From an uncultured Phycisphaerales bacterium (lineage in GTDB: Bacteria; Planctomycetota; Phycisphaerae; Tepidisphaerales; Tepidisphaeraceae), in assembly GCA_963844715.1 (NCBI GenBank), contig CAWJPJ010000007.1, positions 1,344,001 to 1,408,000 of the forward strand: a stretch of 64,000 nucleotides of DNA. Direction: 5' to 3'. The position numbers and the translations under genes are program-made. Every line of letters begins with the position of its first letter. Position 1 is the first letter of the stretch. Shown piece after piece: positions 31,907 through 44,839 of the stretch. The notes below the pieces were generated by a model. That model was given only the letters and a program-made list of their open reading frames with translations. It did not search any database and was not told the DNA's origin.

Positions 31907-33967
31907 ATGCCTTACACGACGGGTGATATCAGGAATGTCCTTTTGGCCGGTCATGGTGGGAGTGGGAAGACCACTTTGGCCGATGCGATGCTGTTCGCTT
32001 CGGGGGCGGTTACGCGGAAGGGGTCGGTAGTCGATGGGTCGAGCTTCAGCGATTTTGAGAAAGAGGAGAAGGACCACAAGCACTCGATCTTTTCGTCGAT
32101 TCTTCATCTGGAACATCTGGGGAAACGCATCAATCTGATCGACTGCGCCGGGCAGCCCGGATTTGATTGGGCAGGGGGTGGCGTGTCTGCCGGCCGTGGA
32201 GACGGTGGCGGTGGTGATCAATGCGGTGAGCGGAATTGAAGTGGTGACGCGGCGAATGATGGAGATCGCGCGGTCGCTCGATCTGCCGCGGGCGATCATC
32301 ATTAACAAGATCGACGTTCCGGATGTCGATCTGGAAGGGTTGGTGGCGCATATCCAGGCGACGTTTGGGCATGAATGCCTGCCGATCAATCTGCCGACGG
32401 GCCATGGGAAGGCGGTTGTGGAATGTTTGCTGAATAAAAATGGGGAGAGCGATTTTCTTTCGGTGGGGGACGCGCACACGGCGATTCTGGACCAGATTGT
32501 GGAACTGGATGAGACGCTGATGGAGCGGTATCTGGGCGGGGAGGAGCCGAATTACGAGGTTCTGCACGCCCCGTTTGAGATGGCGATGGATCAGGCGCAT
32601 GTGGTGCCGATTTTGTTTACGGATGCCAAGAGCGGAGTGGGGGTTGCGGAATTGCTGGACGCGATCGCCAAGCATTTTCCGTCGCCGCAGGAGGGGAATC
32701 CGAGGCCGTTCCTGACGTTTCGGGGCGGTGGGGCGCCGGGGCAGCCTCAGGAGGAGGTTCCTTTTGAATATCGCCCGGACGCGGACAAGCCGCTGCTGGC
32801 GCATGTGTTCAAGGTCACGACCGATCCGTACGTGGGCAAGCTGGCGATCTTCCGCGTGCACCAGGGGAAGTGCAGCGGGCAATCGCAGGTTTACATCGGG
32901 CACAACAAAAAGCCGGTCAAACTCGGGCACATTTTTTATCTACAGGGGAAGGAACATCACGAGGCTCAGCAGATCATCGCGGGGGATATCGGCGCGGTGG
33001 CCAAGATCGAGGAAATCCATACCAACGACGTGCTGCATGATGATCACGCGCTGGATACCGTGCATCTGCGGCCACTGACATTCCCGACGCCGATGTACGG
33101 GCTGGCGATCGCGCCGAAGCGCGCGGCGACGAAACGAAGCTTTCGGTTCAGCTTACCAAGGTTGCCGAGGAAGACCCGACGTTCCGCTGGGCGACGGATC
33201 GGTTGACGCATGAAGTCGTCATCAACGGGCTTGGGGAATTGCATCTGCGGCTGGTGCTGGAGCGGCTGGCGAATCGCGGGCTGCATGTCGATACCAAACC
33301 GCCGAAGATCGCTTATCGCGAGACGATTTCCGCCATCGCCGAGGGGCATCATCGGCACAAGAAGCAGACGGGCGGAGCCGGGCAATTTGGCGAGGTGTAC
33401 CTGAGAATCGAGCCGATGGAGCGCGGCAAGGGTTTTGAATTCGTCAACGAGGTCTTTGGCGGGGCGATTCCGGGGCAATACATCCCGGCGGTCGAAAAAG
33501 GAGTGCACGATCTGCTCGAGCAGGGCGTGATAGCCGGGTATCCGCTTCAGGATGTGCGCGTGTGCGTGACGGACGGAAAGCACCACCCCGTGGATAGCAA
33601 GGAAGTCGCGTTCCGAGCGGCGGGAAAATTCGCGTGCAAGGATGCCGTTCTTAAGGCCAAGCCGGTGTTGCTTGAGCCGATCGTGAACATGGAAGTGACG
33701 GTTCCCGAGGACAAGATGGGGACGATCACGGGGGATCTCTCCGGCAAGCGCGGGCGAATCCTGGGGACCGACGTTTTGCCGGGCGGGATGGCGTTGATCA
33801 AGGCATCGGCGCCGCTGGCGGAGGTCATGCAGTACCAATCGCAGCTAAAAAGCGTGACCGGGGGGCAGGGGACGTTTTCGATGGAACTGAGCCATTACGA
33901 GGCGGTCCCGCCGTTCGTGCAGCAGCAGATAGCGGGGCAATATAAGCCGAAGGTGGAAGAGGAATAG
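31907..33967 (+). CDS. elongation factor G-like protein (EF-G2 type; indels ~32160 and ~33125)
   Basis: 'GHGGSGKTTL', 'INKID', 'GLGELHL', 'KKQTGGAGQFGEV', 'DGKHHPVDS'; lacks the canonical RGITI motif. Confidence 0.9.
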
Positions 33968-33986
33968 GGTCGGATGGGCGTTCCCG

Positions 33987-34199
33987 ATGTCGAAAAGAAT
34001 TTGCCCAACCTGCGGACGGGGTGCACTTCGGCGCGTTAAACGTGACGTGGAATGTAACTTCCGAGGCCATGCCTATACGGCCCCGGATATTGAGTTTCTT
34101 GAGTGTCCGAACTGCGGCGAAAAGCTTTACGATCGGTCGGCCACGCAAAAGATGGAGTCGTACAGGCCAAAGGGCCGCCGTAGAGCGCGTGTGGCGTGA
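33987..34199 (+). CDS. YgiT/MqsA-type zinc finger protein
   Basis: 'CPTCG...ECPNCGEKLY'. Confidence 0.75.
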   Translation: MSKRICPTCGRGALRRVKRDVECNFRGHAYTAPDIEFLECPNCGEKLYDRSATQKMESYRPKGRRRARVA

Positions 34200-34239
34200 G
34201 CGTTTCGGGTTAGATGCCCGGTGTCTGCGACGACGGGAG

Positions 34240-34511
34240 TTACTCCTGCGAGGGTGACTTCTCGCGTTCGCCCTGGAGCCTTGGGTGGAACTCGTGATGG
34301 CCGTTATCTTCGGGGGCGGGGCGTGTTTTTAGAATTTCGGCGAGCAGGGGGAACGTGGTGATCGCTCCGAACGCGAATACGCCCAGCCGGCGGCTTTGCG
34401 CTGATCGTTGCTGAGCCGGTCGGCGATCAAGAGCCCTATTCCCATTCCCAGGGCTGCGCGTGTTCCGGCAATCAAGCCGACTTCCGGGAGCGTGACGGTT
34501 CGCTGAGTCAT
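34240..34511 (-). CDS. small membrane hypothetical protein (indel ~34380)
   Basis: 'TLPEVGLIAGTRAALGMGIGLLIADRL...RKAAGW' continuing as 'FAFGAITTFPLL'; GGAG SD. Confidence 0.6.
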
Positions 34512-34644
34512 GATTTTCTCCTTTTTGATATTGCGCGACCGTTTTCTTTTACTCATATCCGTTGATTGTCCCCGCCCGGCTCGAGGACGGGAACGGAAAT
34601 TCCGGATTTCGTACCGGTGCGGCGGGCACGTATGATGCACGGAT

Positions 34645-35625
34645 ATGAATGCATGGTTGTTGACTGAATATGGATCGCTGGATCATCTGCGCATGGTGGA
34701 GGTCGCCGATGCGATTGCCGGGGCGGGGGATGTGGTTCTCGATCTGCAATTTGCGGCGCTGAATCCGGCGGACCGGTATCTGGCGCTGGGGGAATATCCA
34801 TCGCGGCCGGCGGTGCCGCATGTTTTGGGGCGGGATGGGATCGGGATTGTCAGTTCGATCGGGCCGGAGGTGGATCAGTTCAAAGTCGGGCAGCAATTGC
34901 TTGTGCTGCGGGGGGACACGGGAGTTATTCGGTGGGGGACGTTTGCGGGGCGTGTGGCCGTCGCGGCGGATTCGATCGTCGCGCCGCCGGAAGGATGGAC
35001 GACGGAGGAGGCGGCCAGCGCGTCGCTGGTTTATCTGACGGCTTACCAGGCCATCACGCAGTGGGGAGAGATGGGGCAGTCGGTGGTGCTTGTCACCGGG
35101 GCATCGGGCGGCGTCGGAATCGCGGCGATGCAACTTGCCAAGGCGATGGGGCACACGGTGGTCGCGTTGTCGCGTTTGGAGGAAAAGAGGCCGCGGTTGC
35201 AGGACCTGGGGGCGGATTTTGTAGTGACCACGACTGATCCGGGGTGGGCAAAGAACTTGCTGAAGAGCCTGGGGGACCGGCGCGTCGATCTGGCGATCGA
35301 CAACATCGGCGGCACGCTTTTTCCGCACGTGATCGACACGATGGCCAATCATGGAAAGATCAGCGTGGTGGGGCGGCTCGCCGGGCCGGTGCCGCAGTTC
35401 AATACGTCCACGTTGCTGTTTCGCCGGTTGAGGATTGGGGGCGTGGCGGTGGGGATGTATTCGCGGCCGGAGGCGCATGGGGCGTGGCGGGCGGTGGTTC
35501 GATTGCTGAACCAGATCGGCGCTCGGCCGCAAATCGATAGGGTGTTTCCGTTTGATCTGCTTCCGGAGGCGTTTGAACGGCTGGGCGAGGGGCCGATGGG
35601 GAAGGTTTTGCTGAGAATTGAGTAG
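34645..35625 (+). CDS. MDR-family quinone oxidoreductase/alcohol dehydrogenase
   Basis: 'ALNPAD', 'VLVTGASGGVG', 'GKVLL'. Confidence 0.9.
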   Translation: MNAWLLTEYGSLDHLRMVEVADAIAGAGDVVLDLQFAALNPADRYLALGEYPSRPAVPHVLGRDGIGIVSSIGPEVDQFKVGQQLLVLRGDTGVIRWGTFAGRVAVAADSIVAPPEGWTTEEAASASLVYLTAYQAITQWGEMGQSVVLVTGASGGVGIAAMQLAKAMGHTVVALSRLEEKRPRLQDLGADFVVTTTDPGWAKNLLKSLGDRRVDLAIDNIGGTLFPHVIDTMANHGKISVVGRLAGPVPQFNTSTLLFRRLRIGGVAVGMYSRPEAHGAWRAVVRLLNQIGARPQIDRVFPFDLLPEAFERLGEGPMGKVLLRIE

Positions 35626-35860
35626 CATTTTTTATTGCGCTCGGGTCCGGGCACGACTTGCCCGTCTTCGTGTCTTTCGCTGGTTTCCGGGGGATGGGGT
35701 GAGGGGTCTTTGCGGGGATTGTGCCTCACTCTAAGACTTGCCCCTCACCCGTCGTGCCGAAACTAGCGGAAGGGGACAGGGAGTGCTCTCCCCGGATTAC
35801 CGGGGAGAGGGGATAAGAGGGGGATGGTTATTGTGTTAAGGTTTGCTTAGGCTGTTGGGA

Positions 35861-36341
35861 ATGAGCGATAAGCCGCCGGGTTTTGATGCTACGCGGGTGC
35901 CGGGCGATGCGCGGTTTGCGGTTATCGCGGCTCGGTTTAATGAGGCGATCGTGGAGGAGCTTTTGCGCGGGTGCATCGCGAGGCTTTCGGAATTGGGAAT
36001 GGGTAAGGAGCGGGTGGAGATTTGTCGGGTGCCGGGGGCATTTGAGTTGCCGATCGCGGCTAAATGGGCGACGGCGAGCGGGAAATATTCGGCCGTCATC
36101 TGTCTGGGAGCGGTGATTCGGGGGCAGACGCCGCACTTTGATTATGTTGCGGGCGAGGCGGCGCGGCGGAATTCAGCAGGTGGGGCTGGAGACGGGTATT
36201 CCGGTGATTTTCGGCGTTCTGACGACGGACAATGAGCAGCAGGCGCGGGATCGAATTGGGGGCTCGCATGGTCACGCTGGGAAGCGCGCGGCGGAGGCGG
36301 CGCTTGAAATGGTCGGGGTGCGGCGGGTGTTCGAATCATGA
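35861..36341 (+). CDS. ribH: 6,7-dimethyl-8-ribityllumazine synthase (indel ~36168)
   Basis: 'ARFN...VPGAFELP...LGAVIRGQTPHFDYV...PVIFGVLTT'. Confidence 0.95.
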
Positions 36342-36760
36342 GCCAGATGCACAAATCTCGGGAGCTGGCGCTGCAGGTGCTCTTCCTGTGGGACACGCAG
36401 GGGGACTCCGATGTGGCCGCGGCGGGGCAGGTCATGGGGGACTGGAGCGACGACGCGGTGGTGAGGATGCGCGCGATGCAAATTGCGCAGGGGGCGTGGG
36501 AAATTCGCCAGGCGACGGACGCGACTTTGGAGCGGCTGGCGCCGCAGTGGCCGCCGCGGCGGCAGCCGGGGGTGGATCGGGCGATCTTGCGGCTGGCGAC
36601 GTGGGAGTTGACGCACACCGACACGCCGCCGAAAGTGGCGATTGATGAAGCGATCGAATTGGCGAAAAAATATTCAACCGAGCAAAGCCCGGCGTTCATC
36701 AACGGCGTGCTCGACGCGATCCTGAAGGAGCAGCCGCCCAAACCTGACGTTCCCGCATGA
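36338..36760 (+). CDS. nusB: transcription antitermination factor NusB
   Basis: 'SRELALQVLF...DRAILRLATWEL...VAIDEAIELAKKY...FINGVLD'. Confidence 0.95.
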   Translation: MSQMHKSRELALQVLFLWDTQGDSDVAAAGQVMGDWSDDAVVRMRAMQIAQGAWEIRQATDATLERLAPQWPPRRQPGVDRAILRLATWELTHTDTPPKVAIDEAIELAKKYSTEQSPAFINGVLDAILKEQPPKPDVPA

Positions 36761-37786
36761 GCTTCTTCTCCAAAACCCTCGACAAACTAAAAGGCGCATT
36801 GCGAAAAACCGCGGCGGTGCTCAACACCGACGTGCGCACGCTTTTCATCCCGGGCAGGCAGATCGACGAGGCGTTTCTGCGCGAACTAGAGGAGAAATTT
36901 CTCCAGGCGGATTTGGGCGTGGCGAACGTCGAAAAAATCATCGGGGAGATTCGCGAAAATTGGCGCGTCGGGAAGATCAAGAACGCCGCCGAGGCGGAAC
37001 AGATCGTGCGGCGGCAGCTTCTTTCGGGTTGGCCGACGCAGGATCGGGAATTGCGCCAAGCGGCCTCGGGGCCGACGGTGATTCTGGTCGCGGGAATCAA
37101 CGGGGCCGGGAAAGACGACGAGCATCGCCAAGCTGGCCTGGCTGCTGAAGGATCAGATGCACAAGAAGGTGATGGTGTGCGCGAGCGATACGTTTCGGGC
37201 GGCGGCGGTGGATCAACTGACGATCTGGTCGGAGCGGATCGGCGTGGAGATCGTCAAGCACCGCATGGGAGCCGACCCGGCGGCGGTGGCTTATGACGCG
37301 TGCGAAGCGGCCAAGGCGCGCGGATTCGATTATCTCATCGTCGATACGGCCGGTCGATTGCATACGCAGCAGAATCTGATGCGCGAACTGACGAAGATCC
37401 GCGACGTCGTCGCCAAGCGCATCGAGGGGGCGCCGCAGGAAGTGATCCTGGTGTTGGATGCGACGACGGGGCAAAATGCCATTCAGCAGGCGAAGCAATT
37501 TTCGCAGGCGATCGGAATCACGGGGATTTTCCTGGCCAAGCTTGACGGCACGGCCAAGGGGGGCATGGCGATCAGCATTCGCGATCAGCTTTCGATTCCG
37601 GTGAAGTTCGTGGGATTGGGGGAGACGCCGCAGGATATCGAGACGTTCGATCCGGAGCGGTATGTGGCGGCGTTATTTGGAAATGCGAATGCTGATTGCG
37701 AATTAATCTCGGTCGCAATGAGCGGCAAGGCTAGACCAAGTCGGCGAAGGTTTTTTCCATTCTGCGGAAATAGTACAAGCCGCTGA
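36757..37786 (+). CDS. ftsY: signal recognition particle receptor FtsY (indel ~37112; true 3' end may be ~37700)
   Basis: 'GINGAGKT', 'DTFRAAA', 'DTAGRLH', 'DATTGQN', 'KLDGTAKGG'. Confidence 0.95.
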
Positions 37787-38586
37787 TGAGCATGCGCGGC
37801 GATGACGATGCAGGAGACGATCAGGAGGGAGGGGTCGAAATTGGTTCCGAGGAAGCACCAGCGGAATCCCTCGACCGGGCCAGACATCGGATTAATTTCC
37901 AGAAGCCAGCGTTTCCAGGGTTTTGTGACCCTGTCGAAGGGGATGAACACCGGGGTAACGAACATGCCGAATTGGATGATGAAGGGGATGACGTAGCGGA
38001 TATCGCGGAATTCGACGTTCATGGCGGAAAACCAGAGCCCGACGGAAAGGGCGGAAAGAAACGCCATAAGAACAAAGATCGGGAAGAGAAGCATCGTCAG
38101 TTGCCAGTGCACGCGGAAAATAACGAGCATGATGATCAGGAGCCCGAACCCGACGAGAAAATCGGCCACGGAGACCATCACGGCGGCGATGGGCATGACG
38201 AGTCTTGGGAAATAGACCTTCGAGATCAGATTCTGATTGCTGATCAGGCTGTTGCTGGCGCCGGTGACCGCGGTGGCAAAGAGCTGCCATATCAGGGTTC
38301 CGCAGAAAAAGTAGACCTTGGGATTGACGTTAGCGGGGGCGTTTCCGGAGAAGAATGCCACGAAGGCGATGGTGTAAAGCAGCGGCTGGATGACGGCCCA
38401 GGCGGCGCCGAGAACGGTTTGCTTGTAGCGAACCTTGACGTCGCGTCCGGCGAGGATGAAGAGCAACTCGCGGTAGGCCCATAATTCGCCGAAATGGATG
38501 GGCTGCCATCCCGATCGCGGCTCCAAAATGACCTTGGATTTGAGGGGGGCGGCGGCGGTTGGCGGGGGTGCGGCGAGCTGGGTCAT
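37731..38586 (-). CDS. ABC-2 polysaccharide export permease (Wzm-like; indel ~37795)
   Basis: 'ELWAYRELL...RDVKVRYKQTVLGAAWAVIQP...KVYFPR...FRRMEKTFADLV'. Confidence 0.88.
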
Positions 38587-38674
38587 ACTGCACAAAATCC
38601 GGTTCCTTCGGGCAAGAGTCTACCGGTGGGTTCCAGCGAGTTCAAACCAGCGGAAGTTCGATTAAGATCGCGTC

Positions 38675-40373
38675 ATGCCGGCCGCGGAAGACGAATTTCA
38701 TTATCGGCAGATTCTCAAAGGAGATCCCCATCGCGCCGACGCGTGGCAAATGCTGGGGGTGACGCTTTTCGGGCAGAACCGCTTTCCCGAGGCCGTCGAG
38801 GCGCTGCGGCGGGCGGTGGCCCTCGATCCGAACCAGCGGGATCACCAATATAACCTGGGGTTCGTGCTGGCGACGATGGGCGATCGCGCCGGCGCGATTG
38901 CGCCGCTGGAAATCGCCGCCCGGCTCGATCCGCACGACATCGACGCCCTGACGCAACTGGGGAACGTGCATGTTTCATTGCGCAATTGCGACCAGGCCGC
39001 CGATGCGTTCGGACGCGCGGTGGCGCGGCGGCCGGATTTCGACGATGCGCTGAATAATCTGGCGATGGCGCTGAAGGATTTGGGGCGGCTCAAGGAGACG
39101 ATGGAATGGTTCGACAAGCTCCTGAAAAGAAACCCGCATCACGTCGTCGCGGACAGCAACCGGATTTATTCGATGCTGTTCTTTGAGGAGAATCCGCAGG
39201 CGTTGCTGGCGGAGCATCGGATTTGGAATCGCCGCCACGCCGAACCCCTGGCCGGGGAGATCAAGCCGCACGAAAACGATCGCGATCCCGAGCGAGCCCG
39301 GCTGCGGATCGGGTACGTGTCGCCCAATTTCGATCGGCATGTGCAGGTGCTTTACACGATCCCGCTGCTTTCGCGGCACGACCACCAGAAATTCGAGATT
39401 TTTTGCTACGCGGATGTCCCCCGGCCGGATAGCTTCACCGCGGAAATCCAGTCTTACGCGGATGTGTGGCGATCAACCGTCGGCATGACGGACTCGCAGG
39501 TTGCGGAGATGATCCGGGGGGATCGCATCGACGTGCTGGTTGATCTGACCATGCACATGTCGCGGGGACGGCCGCTGGTTTTTGCGCGGAAGCCGGCGCC
39601 CGTGCAGATTGCGTGGCTGGCATATCCGGGAACCAGCGGGTTGACGGCGATCGATTATCGGTTGACTGATCCATATCTCGATCCCCCGGGGGTGGGGGAT
39701 GAGAATTATTCTGAGAAGTCCATCCGGTTGCCTGAGACGTTTTGGTGCTTTGATCCGCTGGGGGAGGATCCGACAGTGCAAGCACTGCCGGCTTCGCGGA
39801 ATGGGTACATTACCTTTGGGTCGTTGAATAATTTTTGTAAGGTGAATCCGCCGCTGCTGCGGCTTTGGGGGCGGATATTAAATGGGGTACCGCATTCTCG
39901 GATGATTGTGCTTGCGCCGGAGGGGTCGGCGCGGCGGCGGGTGCTTGAAGTGATGGGGATTGCGCAGGAGCGGATCGATTTTGTACCGATCCAGGACCGG
40001 CAGAAATATTTGGAGGTTTACCATCGGATCGACCTGGGATTGGACACTTATCCATATAACGCGGCATACGACCGGGCTGGACTCGAACTGGATGGGGGTG
40101 CCGGTGGTCAGCCTGATGGGGCCGACGGTGGTGTCGCGGGCGGGGTTCAGCCAGGCGTCGAACCTGGGGCTAACCGAGATGGTTGCCAAGACCCCCCAGG
40201 AATATGTTAAAATTGCGATTTCCTGGGCGTCGGATTTGCCCCGGCTCGCTACAATGCGAGCGAGCCTCCGGGAACGGATGAAGAAATCGGCGCTGATGGA
40301 CTGGCGGCGATTTTCGCATAATATCGAGGAAGTTTACCGCGATTTGTGGCGCCGCTGGTGCGCGGGGAAATAA
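38675..40373 (+). CDS. second TPR SPINDLY/GT41-family glycosyltransferase (indel ~40063)
   Basis: TPRs; 'RLRIGYVSPNF', 'IDVLVDLTMH', 'KPAPVQIAWLAYPGTSG', 'DTYPYN', 'WMGVPVV'. Confidence 0.9.
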
Positions 40374-40375
40374 CT

Positions 40376-40913
40376 ATGGGAACAACTACGGGGGCACGAG
40401 TGACAAGCGGATCGATGAAGCTGTCTTTCAATTGTCCCAAGTGCCGAAAGCGTTGGACGTGGAAGCCGGAGATCGCCGGCAAGAAGGTCAAATGCCAGTG
40501 CGGCAACGTTTTTGCCGTTCCGAAGGAGGCGCCGGCGCCGACTCCCGTCGTCAAGAGCGTGCCTGCCCTCGCTCCCGCGCGATCTGACCCGCCTGCCGGT
40601 GCGCAGATCGCGTCGATGACGCCGGGCGTCAAGCCGCCGAAAAAGGATGAATCGCTTTATGGCGTCGCTCCCACCGATGAAAAGCCGGTGGTTCGTCCGA
40701 AGCCGCTGGTTGTCGAAGAGGAGGAGCCCGCCGGCAAGAAAAAGAAACCGGTTGGGAAAATTTTTGGTCATCAATCCAAGCGCTCCGCCGCGGCCGCCGC
40801 GGAGAAGAGGGTGGCAGGAGAGCAAGAACAAGATCAAGCTGATCCTGGGCGGGATTTTGCTGCTCATTGGCCTGGCGGTGATCGCCTGGGACCTGGGTTG
40901 GATCAAGGTGTAG
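40376..40913 (+). CDS. Zn-ribbon + C-terminal TM hypothetical protein (indel)
   Basis: 'CPKC...GKKVKCQCG', Pro-rich linker, 'LILGGILLLIGLAVIAW'. Confidence 0.65.
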
Positions 40914-43816
40914 CGGGGGCGGACCAGTCGGGAAGCACTTCTTTTCGCAGGGATTCAAACTTCGCGTGCCACTTGGGGCCGCCGGTTCCGTCGCGCCAGA
41001 TCAGATATAAAACCTTGAGCGATTGCTGGACCTGCGTGATGGGGGTCTGGGGATCGCCGGATTTGGCCAGCTCGTTCATGCAATCGAGAAGCTTGTATGT
41101 CGCTTCCCAGTATTGCTCGTTATCTTCCCCGAGTTTTTGATCCTGAATGAGTTCGCCGAGCGTTTGCTTGACGGTCTGGCAGTCGCCCAGGTCCCAGGCG
41201 GTCAGGCCGATGCCGAGCGTCACGAGGGGATCGGTCGCATCGGGATTGGCGGCCGCGCCGCCGTCCAAACCGGCGCGATACATCGCGACGCCTTGGGTGG
41301 ATTGCAAATCCTGATAGAGGGCCAGCACATCGGCTAATTGTTTCTTCCGGGTCTGGGGATCGGTTTGCAATTCGGCGGCAAGGCGCTTGGAGTCGGCGTC
41401 GAAACGGCGATAGGTGTAGAGATGGATGTGAATGCCGGGATCGGTGCTGTCGTTGGCCCATTGAACGAGATATCCGCTAAGCATGGCGCGATTCGCCGCG
41501 AGCTGGCGGATCGAGCGCTGGGCGGCGCGCTGCTCGTCCAAGTCCCCGGCGGCGGCGGCGGCATCGGATTCGGCGCGGCGCCTTGTCCAGGTCGCGATTG
41601 AGAACGGTGAGCAGATCGTGCACGGTTTGGGCCCCTTCGCCCCCGCCGGTGGCGTTGAGGTATTGGACGAGGGTCATGGTGGCGTCGTGATTCCGGCCAA
41701 GCTGCATATAGGATTGCACGCGGAGGAAGAGCGCGCCGTTGAGCAGGGCCGCGGCGTCCGGCAAGCCGCGGACGCGATCCTCAAAACCGTTCAGGAGATC
41801 GAGGACTCGCTGGGGATCGTGCTCGTCGATGCGGGTGACGTCGGCGGCCAGAAGGGCGGTTCGGGCCAGCGTCGAGCGGGCGCGGGTTTTGTCGGGATCG
41901 GATTCCGAGCTGTCCTCGATTTCGGCGGCGAGCACGCGCACGTTTTGGGCCAGGTCCTCGATTTTGTCGGCGCGGCGCCGGCGCTGGGCGTCGGTGAGCC
42001 CCGCCTCTTCGTCGAGTTTATTTTTAAGGGCCACCATTTCCCCATAGCGGGCGGCGAGGAGCTGATCCGGCGGATCGGAATCCGGGGTCATCTCGTAAAA
42101 CTTCGCCGCCTCATCCCAGTGGCCTTGCGCTAAAAGACTGGCGGCGTATTGAGGAGCAAATTCCTTGCGATTGAAGGGGGGATTGATGGCGATTGGGAGA
42201 AAGCGATCCTGCAATCTTTCGACGCGCGGATCGAGCCTTCCGTGGGCATCGACGGGGAGCGACTGGCGAAGATCGGCGATGATGCCGCGGGCGCGGTCGA
42301 GGGCGAAATCGAGCTTCGCCGCCGCGACCAGAGCCGGGGAATCCATCTTTTGGAAGCGCTGGATATGGTCCATGAGCGCATCGGCCGCCTCAAATTTATC
42401 GCCCAGGAATTCATCGAAAATTCCGCTCATAAGAGAGGGGTCAACCGCCTGTTCCGGCGGGATTTTTCCGGCCTGGTAGCGCACCAGCAATTCCTTCGCG
42501 GCGGCCAGCCCCTGACGAAGCGCGGCAGTTTGATCCGCATCCAGTGACTGGTCGGCGCCGATTTCTCCGGCGGCGATTACCTTTTGCTTGCCCTGATCGA
42601 CGAGAGACAGAAGAACCAGAGTGGGGAGGGTCGCCGGATCGGCATCGGGATTCACGCGCAGGGAAAGCTGCTGGTAAATCACCGAGCGAAGGCTGGGAAA
42701 ATCGCTGACGAGTTGGGTGAGTGCCGACATGGCCGCGGCGTCGGCGGCGGGCTTGGCGTCGCCGGTGGCCTGATCGGCTTTGAGGGCCAGCAGTCGATAG
42801 TTGAGCAAATGCAGCGTGGCGGCCTGTTCGGCGTCGTTGGCGAAATGGGCTTGCTCGTCGGCGGTGGCGTCGGCCAAAGCCGATTGCGCGGCGTCGGCGT
42901 CTCCGGATTGCAATGCCGCCAGCACCAGAAAACATCGTGCCTCGAATTGCAGCGCGGCGGAGGGGGTCGGTGTCGGTTTGTCGTCGCCGGTGCTCAGGAG
43001 GGAACTGAGCAATTGCGTGCCTGCCGTGATGTCGGATTGCGTTCCGCGCAGGAGATGCAGCTTGGCGAGCAGGAACCGGGCCTGCGGCTGGATGCCGGAA
43101 TCGGGCGTGTCCCACTGAGTAAAAGCGGCGGTGGCCTGGTCGATCTGCTTGCTCAAACGCGGATCGGCGGGGTCGAGTGAGAGGGCGAACGCGTATTGCA
43201 TTCGCGCGGTTTGATAAGCCGCGGACCCGGCCAGATCGTTCATCTTGCGCCAGTCTTCGGCGACGGGGTCGTCCGGGCGGGTGATGCGATTGGCCAGATC
43301 AGTCGCCTGGTCGGTGGCGAATTTAGTGGCGGCGCCGAACGTCGCGCACGCCGCCTCGGCGATGGGGCGGAGAATTCCCTTTCCCTCGTCGCTTGTGCCC
43401 CAGTATTCGAGAACGGCGGTCTGGTCATCGACGCCGTGGGCGGCGAGCTGCTGCCCGAGTTGCATGAGCAGATTCGGATCGGTGAGCTGCGAGATGTTTT
43501 TTAGAAGATCGGGGGCGGCGCGCTGAATTTGATCGAGGCGATCTTCGCGCGAAAGTTCGGCGTCCGTCGCGGCGTGATTGACGTGCTCGACGGCGAGGTA
43601 AAAAGTCTGCCGATCCGGCTGAAGGCCGTCCACATCGAACGCCTGCCTGAGCGCCGCGTCGTTGTCCTGATCGGCCAGGCCGACGAGGCGCTGCTGCTCG
43701 GCGACTTCCACGGGAGGCGAGGACTGAGTCGCGGGTTCGCTCTGCGCGAATAGCGGCCCCGCCGGAAGGAGGGAAACCGCAATAAAGAGAATAATCCGCC
43801 GATTCAGTGAGTTCAT
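40903..43816 (-). CDS. large exported alpha-helical/TPR-like protein (indel ~41570)
   Basis: signal peptide; Ala/Leu-rich helical ORFs 41477-43816 and 40903-41541; overlaps exbD. Confidence 0.7.
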
Positions 43817-44292
43817 TCATTCACGCCGAAGCCGATTTTCTTGAATCCCGCGTCCTGGGCGGCGTCCATGACTGTGATCAGATTGTCCAGACTCACGGTC
43901 GAAGCCGGGTCGATGATTACGCGGATGTCCTGCACGGAGATTCCGGCGGCGACGAAATTCTTAAGCTGATCGGATAGATCATCGCGCAGGGTTTTGTACG
44001 CCGCGATGGGATCCTTGCTCTTCACGGAGGCGAAGTTCCCCGCCTTGGCGATGTAATACTTTCCTTCCTCGGAGACCTTGATGGTGAATTGGGTCGGGAC
44101 GGGGCCGTTGGGAGCCTGGACTGCGCCGGCGCCTTTGACCTCGAGCGGGACATCGCTGATGAGGTAGTGCTCCGCCGCGCCGAACGAGCCGGTCATCATC
44201 AGGAAGATGAGGATGACGAGCACGACGTCGACCATGGGGGTCATGTTCGGGCCGGACTCATAGTGAATTTTTCTCGAGCCTGGGATTTTCAT
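43813..44292 (-). CDS. ExbD/TolR-family protein
   Basis: 'PNMTPMVDVVLVILIFLM'. Confidence 0.9.
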   Translation of the reverse strand: MKIPGSRKIHYESGPNMTPMVDVVLVILIFLMMTGSFGAAEHYLISDVPLEVKGAGAVQAPNGPVPTQFTIKVSEEGKYYIAKAGNFASVKSKDPIAAYKTLRDDLSDQLKNFVAAGISVQDIRVIIDPASTVSLDNLITVMDAAQDAGFKKIGFGVNE

Positions 44293-44296
44293 GTGT

Positions 44297-44800
44297 CTAA
44301 TCCGGTTTCTTGGTGTCGAAGGCGAAAGATTTCACGTGCGCCAGATTGCATTCCAGGAGCACGGGGGCGAGGAACTGGTAGGTCAGGGTTTTGTCGCCGC
44401 GGATGATGACCTTGAAGTCGGGATTGGGCGGCAAGCCGCGCGACGGGTCGCCCATGCGGATGTAAATCAGCGTGTCGCGCAGGGGCGTTTGCATCGTTCC
44501 TTCCATTTCCTGGCGGAGCTTCAACTCCGTCATGTGGCCTTTAACGAGGGCGGTGATGATCGGCTGGGCGCCGGTCACGCCGGTGGGCCCGTTGATGACA
44601 TTCAGGGTCAGGGTGTTGCCCATGTCCTTGATGTCGGTGCCGAGGAAGCTGGTGGGAATGTCGATGGTTTTATCGATTCCGGTATTGATACCGATTTTCG
44701 CCACGAGCATGAAGAAAACGATCATGCACATGACGATGTCGATGAGGGGCGTGACGTTCACGCTGCCTTCGGCGATATGGGGCATGCGACGCATGCGCAT
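44297..44800 (-). CDS. ExbD/TolR-family protein
   Basis: 'VNVTPLIDIVMCMIVFFM...IIRGDK'. Confidence 0.9.
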   Translation of the reverse strand: MRMRRMPHIAEGSVNVTPLIDIVMCMIVFFMLVAKIGINTGIDKTIDIPTSFLGTDIKDMGNTLTLNVINGPTGVTGAQPIITALVKGHMTELKLRQEMEGTMQTPLRDTLIYIRMGDPSRGLPPNPDFKVIIRGDKTLTYQFLAPVLLECNLAHVKSFAFDTKKPD

Positions 44801-44839
44801 TGGACGCCTCCGATCAAGCGGGGAGGAAAAAGATCGACC

